This document shows, in pieces, positions 1 to 10,685 of a DNA stretch of 64,000 nucleotides. Origin of the DNA: Rhynchopus sp. YZ270_cl-10. Its lineage: Eukaryota. Below the pieces are notes generated by a model. It had not been told where the DNA came from, did no database searches, and was given only the letters and a program-made list of their open reading frames with translations. The position numbers and the translations under genes are program-made. The stretch lies in the NCBI GenBank assembly GCA_964035575.1, contig OZ037840.1:1302001-1366000 (forward strand). Direction: 5' to 3'. Position 1 is the first letter of the stretch, and each line of letters begins with the position of its first letter.

Positions 1-605
1 CATTTTGTGCATACCCTGTGACTGTGGTGGCTAGAGAACACGCACATGCAGACCCGTTCCTTGCAATTTCCAGTGTTGTGTTTATCAATGCATGCATCCA
101 GAGGACCTCTGGTTTACGAAATCGTAGGCACTCCTGTGCAAAAATGAAGTCGGTTTTTTGACCCAAAATCGGGGTGGGTGGGCCATAATTTGCTCCAAAT
201 TTGGCCGAAAATTGGGATTTTTCTGAAAATTTTCATTGTGCCCAGCAAAAATCCTTGATTTTTTGAAGAATTTTCCAAAAAATATGCTATACCCCCTATG
301 ACTGGACCCAACTCCCCTCACCCTTTTTTTCCCCTAAAAAAGCCCCCAAAATTCCTACCATTTTTGGTGTGGCAGCGGTTACTGGGGGGGTAAACCGGTA
401 GAAACACGGTAGAAACACGGGGAATCGGTTGGGGGTTCCCTTTTTTGGAATTTTTTTTTTTGTTTTTTTACCAGGGGGCTTCTCTATGTTGTAGGCATAC
501 AGAGGCACAGATTTGACAGACCGGAGCCGGAACTGGCTGGGATGTCACGGAACTGACAAAAAAAGTGGTTTTCGACCACGCAACTGTACTGTACTCCCAA
601 TCCCC

Positions 606-722
606 TGTGTATACTGTGTATACTGTGTATACTGTGTATACTGTGTATACTGTGTATACTGTGTATACTGTGTATACTGTGTATACTGTGTATACTGTGT
701 ATACTGTGTATACTGTGTATAC
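606..722. repeat. (TGTGTATAC)13 minisatellite
   Basis: Perfect 9-bp tandem repeat. Confidence 0.97.
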
Positions 723-3674
723 TACCTGTGTGTGACCATACCCCAGATGGTCTGAAGAGTGATCTGACCATATTCTCCAGGTACAATATATACCCGGAGA
801 ATCCATTGGAGCAAGAATTTTGCACTTTTGAGCACCACAGATTACATACTGCCATTTTTGCGGCCATAATATTTTTGAAAATGGCAAAGACATTTCCTTA
901 AGGAATTACAGGGAACCAGGGTCCCTCTCTCTATGGGTTCTGAGGTTTTAGTCACTCAACGAATCTGCTCGATTTTTTTTGACTGTAGATGGGAGGTACC
1001 CCAAAAAATCAATTAAAGCAAGAATTTTACAGTTTTGAATAGTTGTTCTTTATTTAGAAAAGTACCCAGTTTGGACAAAAATTTGGGATTGAGTGTTATA
1101 AATCTCTGATTTTTTTTCCAAATCTTGGGGTGGAAACTTTGGTACCTCACACGAGCCTCTGAGAGTGACCAGAAATGGCCTCATGAACAAAAGTGACCCC
1201 GTCACAGCCAGAACGCGACTCAATTGGTCAAACGCCGAAGGAAAAGGAAGCATGCAGCATGGCGAAATAATAAAAGTAGTGTACCGTGCGCCTGCGGCGC
1301 AAGATTGCAACCCACCCTTCCCATGATATACTTTTGCAGCAAAAATGTGCAATTTTAAGCGTAATTTTTAGAAATGTTGCGTACCGTGGCTTCGCCAGAA
1401 ACTTTCGTTTTAGAAAAACAGGGGAGTAAAATTACGGAAGCTGACCACAATTACCAGCGACAGTGCCGTTTTGTGTCAACTTTTTTTTAGAAATGTTGCG
1501 TACCGTGGCTTCGCTTTGGGTGCCGTGACCGCCCTTTCTTTGTTATAAATGTACTGAGGTAGGTAAAAGAGCTCGGAAATCCAATTCCTCTGGTTTTCGA
1601 ATTTTTTTACGTCTGTCCAAAAGCCGAAAACTTCAGTTTGCCAAATTTACAACCTTCTCCGGGGGGGGAGTAGGGGGGGTTTCTCAAAATCGGACGGATG
1701 ACATCCGTTGAAAGTAAAAAAGAGGCTTCCCTTCCTAGATGTGACTAGGCACGTGAGGCTTGGGATCATCTTTCAATACTTCTTCCTATTTTAGCGCACC
1801 TTTCGCCGCTTGAAGTCGTCCTGTGAGGTCTTAAGTTTACACATATTAGCGACTATTCTGTACTGTCGTCCTCTTATCCTTTTTACTAGCAACCTGCGAC
1901 CCTCGGGCGCATTGTTGTCTACAACAACTTCACATTACGTTGCAACTGTGTCTATCTTTTCTCGAGCACGGTTTGCAGCGCTTAAGACTAACAGGTGCAG
2001 TCTGATAAACGAAAAAGTTACGAGTGAGTTTAGTGCCATACGTCGCCCCGCAGCTTTGTCTTATTGTCGTGACCATGGCTATATAGTCCTCCAAGGCAGA
2101 CACAAGAGTTACGACAAAAGGTGCTTACCTCCGGTGTGAATACATCATCTCTACTTTTCTGTCGACACGCCAGTGAAATTAGCTGGGTGGCCATTCGGGA
2201 ACGAAGGGAAGTAGTATCCACCGTTTAAAGTGCGATCGAAATAATTTATTGTTACACTGGGTTTGATATTTGATTACACATCGCTCAGTGTTTCCAGTGC
2301 AGGTCACTGTTGTACATTACATTACACCATTAGGCCTATTCTTTACTGGCAGATAACCGCAGCTTTACAGCGCAATTAATATTTTTCGACGTAAACCCCC
2401 CGTAACATGTCATAGACAGTGAATGTACTCCTCGCTTGCACCGAAGCCCTTTTAAAAAAGGGGCACAGAAGTATCAATGAGAATATATCAACAACAGATA
2501 GCCAGCAACACAGCGCCGCAGGCGCACGGTACGCTTTTTGTTAGACTTCACCATCCCTTTTTCTCCCACAAACCCCTGTAAAACTCCGGATTGCTCTGGG
2601 GAAAATATTGGGGGGGACCATGGTTCCCCCCGGTGCCCCTTGGCGGAAACCCTGTTGTACCACCCTGAGTTTTTGATTTTCTCTTTATTGGCGGCGTTTT
2701 GCACGGGTTTGCGGGTTTAGGATAAATTAACCATTTTGTAAACACGAAAGTATTGTGCTTGCGGTCAGATAAAAGACACAGATTAGTAAGGACACAGCAG
2801 TTGGTATAATGCTGTTATGCTATTGTTCAGTTTTTGTCTCGTTTTACAACCTGACAACGGACGTGGCGAAACAAAAATAATAGGTTCTTACAGAGCAGAT
2901 CAAGACGAAACTGTACGTGTATGACGTGGGTAGCGTACTAATAACCAAAAGAAAACCGACGCAGGAGCTTTTCTTGGAACTGTTTTATTCTCCCCACCCC
3001 AACAGCATCACATTTCAGAAAAACATTGTTTTTTCGTTTTTGTTCACTTTCTTTTCTTCTCCCTCACACCTTTTTGCTGTGGGCAAACCTCAAATTTATT
3101 CCGCTTTGATTTTATTTATTGTCTTCACGCCCTTCTTTTCATTAGAAAAAGAATGTATATGAAACAATTGTCTTCACGCTATATTGTTGTAGTTGGGTTG
3201 GGAAATAAAACTAAACAAAAGATGACAGGGGGTTTTTATTATTTCAAACTTGGTCGTCTCACGCGAGGATGAGCTCCATTATGTCAACGCTGTTTGGCCT
3301 GTCTGGGCAAATAGGTATTAGTAACGTGGGGGTCATGATAATTACCCCCATTTCGGAAGCACATTTTTCTTCTAGGGTTTCCCTTGAGAAACCCGCTGTT
3401 CGCTGCCTTGTTCTTCTGCTCCAAATGCCATCATCTCTCTTACCGACAACCCGGTTTATAATCGACAAAAACTCTCTGTGCCCGTTGAACTACACTTAAA
3501 ACAAGGTAGCAAAAAATAAAATCTATCACACTGACCACTTTTACGATACCCCACCCTTGCTGGAGCGACGTTTGCAAACACAAACCTAGGTACGGAGTGT
3601 GATGTCACCCAAACCACGCCCACCACAGGAGGCTCATATTCCCTCAACCCACCTGCCCACACACAGCCCCCAAC

Positions 3675-6617
3675 ATGGTGCACTCATGTGTGCCCGTGCT
3701 GCTGCTTGCACTGCTGTGTGGCGCTGACGCTGCCCTGAAGAAGCCGATCCGCCTGATCGGTGTCTTCGCCACGTCGCCGCCGGTCGCACCGCACGACCAA
3801 GTCTGGAACGCTCTTGTGCCGTGCGAGCGCATTGTGACTGAGGGTGACGACGACTGCTACAAGGGCGGCTTCCCTGGGGTGGCTGCGTGGATGGAGCACT
3901 ATTCACAGGACGTGCGTGGGACCATCAAAGTGACAACGCCAGATTACAAGTCCCGCATGATCTTTGGACATCCCCTTGGCCTGGATCTGAACTACGAGAT
4001 CTGGGACAGGCTTGGTGTCGACTTCGCCACATTGAGGGCAGAGCACTTGATGACGCGAGCCCCAGATGGTTCTGTTGTGGAGAACTTTGTTGCAAACATG
4101 AAACAGCCAATGATCCTGACGGACCTTGCTATTCAGGACAACTTTGTCTACCTTCTGGGCCTGCTGACCATGTGGCATGTGAAGGTGATTGACGGTGTGC
4201 AGATCGGTGTGATCGTGCTGTGGTCCGAGACCTACATCGGACGTCGTGGTCAGTCCATTCCCCACAACAAGCTCATCCCCGTGGTGACAACAAGGCTGCG
4301 TGCCCAGGGTGTGGCACAGATCGTGGTGCTGCGCCTTGGTTATGCGGGTGTGGAGGACGAGATGCAGCAACTGACGACGTACGACGTGGACGTGGTTATC
4401 ACGGACGTTGTTGCGGGGACAGACTTTGCTTCGAACGGGACGTCTGTTCTGTATGTAAGTGTTCAGAAAGACGGGGCAGCTGCGTACCCAATCGTGACGT
4501 TGGACTTGACCGAAGAAGTGGACGGGTCGAAGTGGTACTACAGTGCAACGGAGGTGAGTGCACGTGACCTGCCTGTTCCTGTGACGGACGCACGCTTTGC
4601 AGCAAACCTTGCCTGGATGCAAGAGCAGATTGTGCTGAGCCAGACAAACGACTCCGTGGTTGCAACGTCGACAGCAGTGATGCCGTCCATCAATGAGGAA
4701 GGGTTCTACAACTGCCGTGGGGGTGACTGTGAGTTGGGCAAGATGACTGCAGATGCGATGCGTGAGTGGGCAGGGACGGACCTGGCAATGGTAAACGGTG
4801 GTGCCCTGCGTGGTGTTGGGTGGGAGAAGGGTCCGATCAAGCGCAGTGCTTTGTGGGACACGTACCCTTTTGCGAACCTTCTGTGCAAGGTGAACATGTC
4901 CGGCACTGTGCTGCTGGATTTCATGAACCGCGGAGTGAGTGCACTACTTCCGGACGGAACACGAGACAAGACGACACCCATCGGTCTGTACCCACAGATG
5001 AGTGGGATGCGGTTCACCATCAACCCCAGCCTCCCCGAACGTCGTGTTGTTTCGATTGATGTGCTCACACCCACAGGGGTGTACAAGCCACTGCAGAAGC
5101 GTAAGTTGTACTCCATTGTCCTCCCAGAGTTCATTGCAGGTGGTGGTGACGGGTACGGGATGCTTCCCACGAACCAGCACGACGGGTCGGAAGGCTGTGG
5201 TATCGACACTGTACTGCAGGTGACAGAGACGTACCTGAAGGCTGCATCGATTTACACTCCGTCCTTGGGTGACAGAATGAGTCTCAACATGGCTGGGAGT
5301 GCACTGATGATGACGAACCAGACGAAGTACAACTGCACAGAGAACCAGAAGTACGACGCATACTGGCAGCACTGCGAGGACTGCCCTGAAGGCTTCTGGA
5401 ACCCAGACATGGACAGCCCTGTGTGTGTGGAGAAGTTTCCGAGTGAGGTGGACATCGGGATGATCCTTGGCATCGTGTTTGGTGTTCTTGCCCTGCTTGC
5501 GATCCCGATTGCGTGGAAGATGACAGAGAAGCAGCGCCGCATCAACGCGCTCTTCAACAACAACAAGATTGCAGAGGAGTGTGCCATTGCGGTTATGGAC
5601 CTCCGTCTTGGCGACCTTGACTACCTCCACGAGCTGGAGAAGCCGAACACGATCCAGTCTGCGTTTATTGCCATCACGAAGCAGATGAAGGTGTACATGG
5701 AGTTTATGCCCAAGAATTTGATTGCGAATTGTCAAGCAAGTGGTTCCGAATCAGGCTCGATTGAGCTTTCACGCTGCGTATCTTCTCGGTCGGAGAACGC
5801 GGGCAGTAGGGAGAGCAGGGATGAACGATCGAGGAGTAGCTCTGTGATGCAGGCGAAGGGGAGCCATAAGCTGACCACGACCTTCCTCAGGAAGAAGCAC
5901 ATCACGGCACTCGCACTGAACAGCAGGGGGCACCTCCAGAGCATGAATGGTGACGTCCTGGCGAAGCATTCGCAGTTTCTCGAGAAGGTCACGACCATCA
6001 TTACTGCGCACAAAGGCATTGCCGAGATACTGAGCGGCGACAGGATGCTTGCCATGTGGAACACTGTGAACGACACTACCGGCCAAGCTGCGCACTCCTG
6101 CGATGCTGCGCTTGCACTGCGGTTGGTACAGGACGGTGTCACAGCGAACGTCGGCATTGTAAAGGGCTCTGCACAGTTCGGGCTGTTTGGCGGTCAAGGC
6201 ACCAAGCGGTACGATGTGCTGGGCAGCGTGATCCCATCCGCATCGCTGCTGATGGTCCTGAACAAGCAGTACAACACTTCCATCCTGACCGCACCCGTGC
6301 TGCAGAAAGAGGCTGGCAGCTTCTTCTACTTCAGGATTGTGGACTATGTTTGCTACGCAAAGATGCATGGAGCTGCCTGCTTTGTGCTCGAGCTTGTATC
6401 TCGCAAGGAAACAGGCGGTGAGGAGTGGATGTACGAGCTGGAGGCTGCCAATGGGAAGGACCCGTGTTCCACACTAAATGATGCATGGAGGCAATACATC
6501 AAGGAAGGCAAGCTGACAAGCAGCGCCGGGGTGACTGGTGTTCTCGCCGAGATCATGGCCGGCACACCACCTCAAGGTGAGTATGTCGCTCCTTCTGCGC
6601 CCCTGAACCTGATGTGA
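3675..6617 (+). CDS. Receptor-type protein: signal peptide, 5'-nucleotidase-like ectodomain, Cys-rich linker, TM, degenerate class III nucleotidyl cyclase-like domain (copy 1)
   Basis: 980-aa intronless ORF. Hydrophobic N-terminus. 5'-nucleotidase C-domain motifs (CELGKMTADAMR, NGGALR, YPFAN, YPQMSG, FIAGGGDGY), CEDCPEGFW, TM IGMILGIVFGVLALLAIPIAW, and cyclase-like SGDRMLAMWN and GLFGGQGTKRYDVLG. Confidence 0.85.
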   Translation: MVHSCVPVLLLALLCGADAALKKPIRLIGVFATSPPVAPHDQVWNALVPCERIVTEGDDDCYKGGFPGVAAWMEHYSQDVRGTIKVTTPDYKSRMIFGHPLGLDLNYEIWDRLGVDFATLRAEHLMTRAPDGSVVENFVANMKQPMILTDLAIQDNFVYLLGLLTMWHVKVIDGVQIGVIVLWSETYIGRRGQSIPHNKLIPVVTTRLRAQGVAQIVVLRLGYAGVEDEMQQLTTYDVDVVITDVVAGTDFASNGTSVLYVSVQKDGAAAYPIVTLDLTEEVDGSKWYYSATEVSARDLPVPVTDARFAANLAWMQEQIVLSQTNDSVVATSTAVMPSINEEGFYNCRGGDCELGKMTADAMREWAGTDLAMVNGGALRGVGWEKGPIKRSALWDTYPFANLLCKVNMSGTVLLDFMNRGVSALLPDGTRDKTTPIGLYPQMSGMRFTINPSLPERRVVSIDVLTPTGVYKPLQKRKLYSIVLPEFIAGGGDGYGMLPTNQHDGSEGCGIDTVLQVTETYLKAASIYTPSLGDRMSLNMAGSALMMTNQTKYNCTENQKYDAYWQHCEDCPEGFWNPDMDSPVCVEKFPSEVDIGMILGIVFGVLALLAIPIAWKMTEKQRRINALFNNNKIAEECAIAVMDLRLGDLDYLHELEKPNTIQSAFIAITKQMKVYMEFMPKNLIANCQASGSESGSIELSRCVSSRSENAGSRESRDERSRSSSVMQAKGSHKLTTTFLRKKHITALALNSRGHLQSMNGDVLAKHSQFLEKVTTIITAHKGIAEILSGDRMLAMWNTVNDTTGQAAHSCDAALALRLVQDGVTANVGIVKGSAQFGLFGGQGTKRYDVLGSVIPSASLLMVLNKQYNTSILTAPVLQKEAGSFFYFRIVDYVCYAKMHGAACFVLELVSRKETGGEEWMYELEAANGKDPCSTLNDAWRQYIKEGKLTSSAGVTGVLAEIMAGTPPQGEYVAPSAPLNLM

Positions 6618-7117
6618 AGTTTGTGGCAGGGCCATACTTATCACTAAATATGCCGTTTTTCCCGAAAAAATTTTTTTTCTATAAGAAAATTTTGCGATTT
6701 GAAAACCAGAAAATCCCTGATTTTTCCCCGATTTAAGGACATGCTTGATGTTGCGTACCGTGGCTTCGCTTTGGGTGCCGTGACCGCCCTTTCTTTGTTA
6801 TAAATGTACTGAGGCTACAGACAATTCGTGTACCACTTGTGCCTGGTGCACGAATTGCTTCAATGAAGTGCCGAACTCCGCAGTTGGATAACCGAGGAAT
6901 TCTCACATTCCGCCGGAGGCCCCCAACTTGAGCTGGGTTGGGGACCGGGCTCGACCGAGTTTCAGCGAAACACCCCAAAACCTATATAATTCCCTGTGGA
7001 GGGGGGAAAATTTTTTTTTGGGCTGACCGAGTCAAACCGATTCTGACCGAGCCAGCCCCTCGTGGGCGGAATGCTGTATAGAACCCTGCGGTACCCAATT
7101 TTTTTTTTATCCTTGTA

Positions 7118-7901
7118 CAGGGCTTTCCGCAGGATTTGGGGTTTTGGCCTCCCAGGGGGACCAGCCAAAAAAAAGGTGAAAAAAAATTTTTTTCCGCGCC
7201 TTGTTGTCAGGGCTCTCGTCAATCACCCCTACGGGGGTGATTTGGGCCCCGAGCTAAAATCGTGGAAGGTGCGAGGGTGGGAGGGTGAACCACAAGCCGC
7301 AGGGAGTGTCAGACTTCTGATCAGTAACCTCAGTACATCTATAAAAGAAGCGGCGGTCATGCACCCAAAGGTTCCAGGCGAAGCCACGGTACGCAACATT
7401 TCTAAAAAATGATGCCATAAAAATGGCACTGTCGTTGGTAATTATCGTCAGAAACGTCAATTTTACTTCCATATTTTGCGGGGAAAAATTTTTTTGGCGA
7501 AGCCACGGTACGCATCATTTTAGATCTCCTCCGTCTTCCAACCCTCATAATTGAATGAGATTGACACGTCTTCTCCTTCTTCTTGTATACAGCCTCAAAT
7601 GTCTCTGATGCTGGACGTTTGCCTGCAACTGACGCAAACACAGGGTTCGCGGTTGCCTCCCGTTGTTGCCTTATTTTTGAGAGGAGCAGGGGAAGCTGGA
7701 ACCGTATTTTATGCCTGTATTTGAACGTGCGGGGACAGGACGGCACGAAAAAATGTAAAAAATCTGGAAAAGTCAAGCCAAACGAAATAGGAAGCCTCAG
7801 AACCTCAAGGGCAAGCTGGTCCCCCCTGGTCCCCCTTATTTTTTCATTTTTCCCCCAGGGGGACCAGCGGTCCCCCCTGGTCCCCCCTGCGGAAAGCCCT
7901 G
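7118..7901. mobile_element. Non-autonomous TIR element (copies 39893-40676 and 55236-56019)
   Basis: Perfect 16-bp TIR CAGGGCTTTCCGCAGG / CCTGCGGAAAGCCCTG with TTGTA directly repeated on both sides. Confidence 0.75.
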
Positions 7902-8279
7902 TTGTACATTTTCTCCACTTTCTTTTGATTGCACGAGCCGATTGCTCTCCACGGTGGGGTCACATGTGTGTCCAAAAACACTCTAAGGTACTATTATTCT
8001 GAAATATGAGATTCAATGGTTTCTTAAGGAAATCCTAGTAACGTAATATCTCAGAAAACCCTCGAAAACGAACCCCGCCGGAGGCGGCTTTTTTTGTACC
8101 CGTGTGCGCGAAAATACTTTTTTCTTGCTTATTTCGCACATTTGGGAGTACGGGACCCCGACATTTTTTTTTTTTTTATAAGACATGTGTCAGGCTATTT
8201 CCTAATCTGGATTCTGGATCCCACTTTTTTCCGGGGTTTTTCATACTTTTTTCCCGTTTTTTTTTTTTCCTGATTTCTG

Positions 8280-9040
8280 CAGGGCGTTCGCTATCGCCAT
8301 CGTTTTTTCCTGATCGTGGCGAAATGCCAAAACCCCCGAAATTTTCGTTTTTTTACTAGTGCTTAAAATAGGTCAAAAAAATTTTCCCGCCGGAGAGAAG
8401 TTAGTTCGTGGGGTGAATCCCTGGTACTGAATGGTCAAAAAAAATTTGCGATTTGCGCGTGATCCCTTCCCCAGCACAAGTGATATTACAGCTGAACTTT
8501 CCTGATACTAAAACCAGCAAAACGATGGAGAATTTCATCAATCCCCCCTCACTGAGGGTCTCTTTGTGTTGTTTAATCAAGCAGATGTACAAGAGAGAGG
8601 CATCTGTCATATGAGACTTCATCCTTATTTTGATTATTTTCAACTCTCTGCCATTGAAGATAGAGTTGACACGAGCAGTGACACCTTCTATAACAGGGGG
8701 TACGGTACACCTTCAGCAGACTGCAGGATTGAGGAGCGAGCGGGAGTGCTGGGAAAACTTCCTCTCACGGCAGGCGGGTTTGCGGATGATTTTGAGTACA
8801 GTGGACACCCCCTCTGCGACCCCCCCTCCGGGGGGGTCGACAGGGTGGTGGGGAGAAATCTCTCTCTCTTTTCCCCCCCCCCCCCCCCCCTTTTTTTTTT
8901 TATTTATTTATTTATTTATTTATTTATACAGGGTTTCGCCCCGGTGGGGCGAAGCCCTGGGGCGAAATAAAATGTCATTTTTTCAGGAACAGATTTTTTT
9001 AACGAAAAAAAATATTTTTCGCCCCGGGGCGAACGCCCTG
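8280..9040. mobile_element. hAT-type non-autonomous element (761 bp), present only in X copy 1
   Basis: 12-bp TIR CAGGGCGTTCGC, 8-bp TSD GATTTCTG, and clean empty sites at ~41047 and ~56390. Confidence 0.93.
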
Positions 9041-10180
9041 GATTTCTGGATCCGAGTTTTGAAAAAAATTCGGGAAAAGAATTTTTCCCGTGGCCTAGTG
9101 TGGCGGGGGGGCCCCGGGGGGAAAAAATCATGGTTGAACCACGGGAGTACCATGAAACTGGGTTGCTGACCGCACCACCCAGGCTGTACCTCAATTTTTT
9201 TTTGCCTGCGGCGCCATTTTCCCTTTTTTGCTCCGCAAAAAAGGGTTCGGTGTGTGACTATGTGGTGTAAAAAGATAGATTTTTACACCGTACCCTAAAT
9301 TTTTTTCGCCTGCGGCGCCATTTGTTTGTTTTTTTTTTTTTTTGCTCCGCAAAAATCCCTATGTTCCCAATGTCCCTGGTCAGCAGTGCTGAAAAAATTT
9401 TGGCACAAAAACAAGCTGACCCCCAATCTTCCAACGACAGTGACATTTATGTCAACAATTTTTAGAAATGTTGCGTACCGTGGCTTCGCTTGGGTGCCAT
9501 GCCTGCCGTTTATTTTGTAAATGTACTGAGGTTACTGATAATTCGTGTACCACGCGTGCCTGGTGCATATCAATGAAGTGCCGAACTCCGAGAAATTCTC
9601 ACATTCCGCCGGAGGCCCCCAACTTGAGCTAAGGTGGGGACCCGGGCGCGCGAAGCGCGCCCGGGCTCGCCACACCTCTACCAAAACCCGCAAAACCGCA
9701 AAATCTCACCTATTTTCAGAGTTAGGTGAGAAGCTGGGAAACACTGGAAAAAAAATAAAAAAGAAGGGTGGGATTTATCCTAATGATTTATTGGAGCTGC
9801 GTTTCACCATGTTTCAAGTACTCTTTATTGTGTCTTGTTTGCAATATATGAGGGGAGCATGCCCCGCCAACGGAGGGGAGATGCCCCGCCAACGCGGGGG
9901 AGAAAGCTCGGAATGGGTTTTTTTTCTGGAAATTTTTTTTTTTTCCCGGAGAAAAATTCTGGATCCAGTTTTTGAAAATTTTCCAAAAAAATCCCGATTT
10001 AGGATATGGCCTGACATGTGTGCATTTCTAGTGAAATTTTTCAGTATCCACGAGTCGTTTTTTCCCTCCCGTGCTCCCCATCTCTCACACATACATTACA
10101 TCTTCATCAGGAAAATTGTCAATTTTTCGTTCATTATTGTGAACAGCGTTTGGTGTTTTTTCAAAAAAAAAAAAAAAAAA

Positions 10181-10581
10181 ACAAGTAATTGCTATCGGAA
10201 AAAAAACCGGGTGTGCTGTGGAACTCCACTCTGAAAAAATATAATCTACAACACGCCAGCATTCTGCTCTTCTGCAGGTATGCTAAAACGCTCTTCGTAC
10301 GCTGGACCCACTGGGATGCCTGCATCTGAAACTTTCAAACAGTGGGGCTGTCCTCTTCGTCCAGCACCATCTGCTCGATCGCGTTATTGGACGTAGTCTC
10401 GGCAGGCTCGATAACCATTCGCTCGGGCGGCCTCGGCATGTTCCAGCTCGTAGTCGTCCACAGGCTCCCACGCATCGTCACATCAGCACCTCCAGAAAAT
10501 CGCCAGGATGCTATGGTGGCTTCGAAAATCGCGCGGAGTTATCCACAGCACACCCCATTTTTTTTCTTAGCAATTAGTTGT
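10181..10581 (-). pseudogene. Helitron/Helentron Rep-like fragment between ~50-bp inverted repeats (copies 42187-42587 and 57530-57930)
   Basis: Minus-strand frameshifted AYEERF..AYLQKSRML..VVDY.FRVEF resembles Rep G.V.DYFYRVEFQ. The flanks ACAAGTAATTGCTA..GGGTGTGCTGTGGA are inverted. Confidence 0.55.
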
Positions 10582-10685
10582 TCTTGTTATTATTGTTTTC
10601 CACACACCTTCCTTCAACCCTTGTAGGATCAGTTCGTATTTTTTTCGCGAAAATATGAAATTACACATTTCAAGAGAACAAAAAA

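Larger units (their letters stand above)
1..6667. repeat. Shared block C, copy 1 (left-truncated by window edge)
   Basis: Near-identical to 16216-22936, 32722-39442 and 47750-54785. Confidence 0.95.

Noticed and set aside
468..893. YTV/IHS/CVY repeat ORFs, and the ORFs at 62114-62809
   Set aside because: Translations of stop-free simple repeats.
1800..2450. Degenerate Tc1/mariner fragment (EWPPS on the minus strand)
   Set aside because: A single short motif with no supporting context.
3903..6368. Long antisense ORFs within the receptor genes
   Set aside because: Shadow frames of a GC3-rich CDS.
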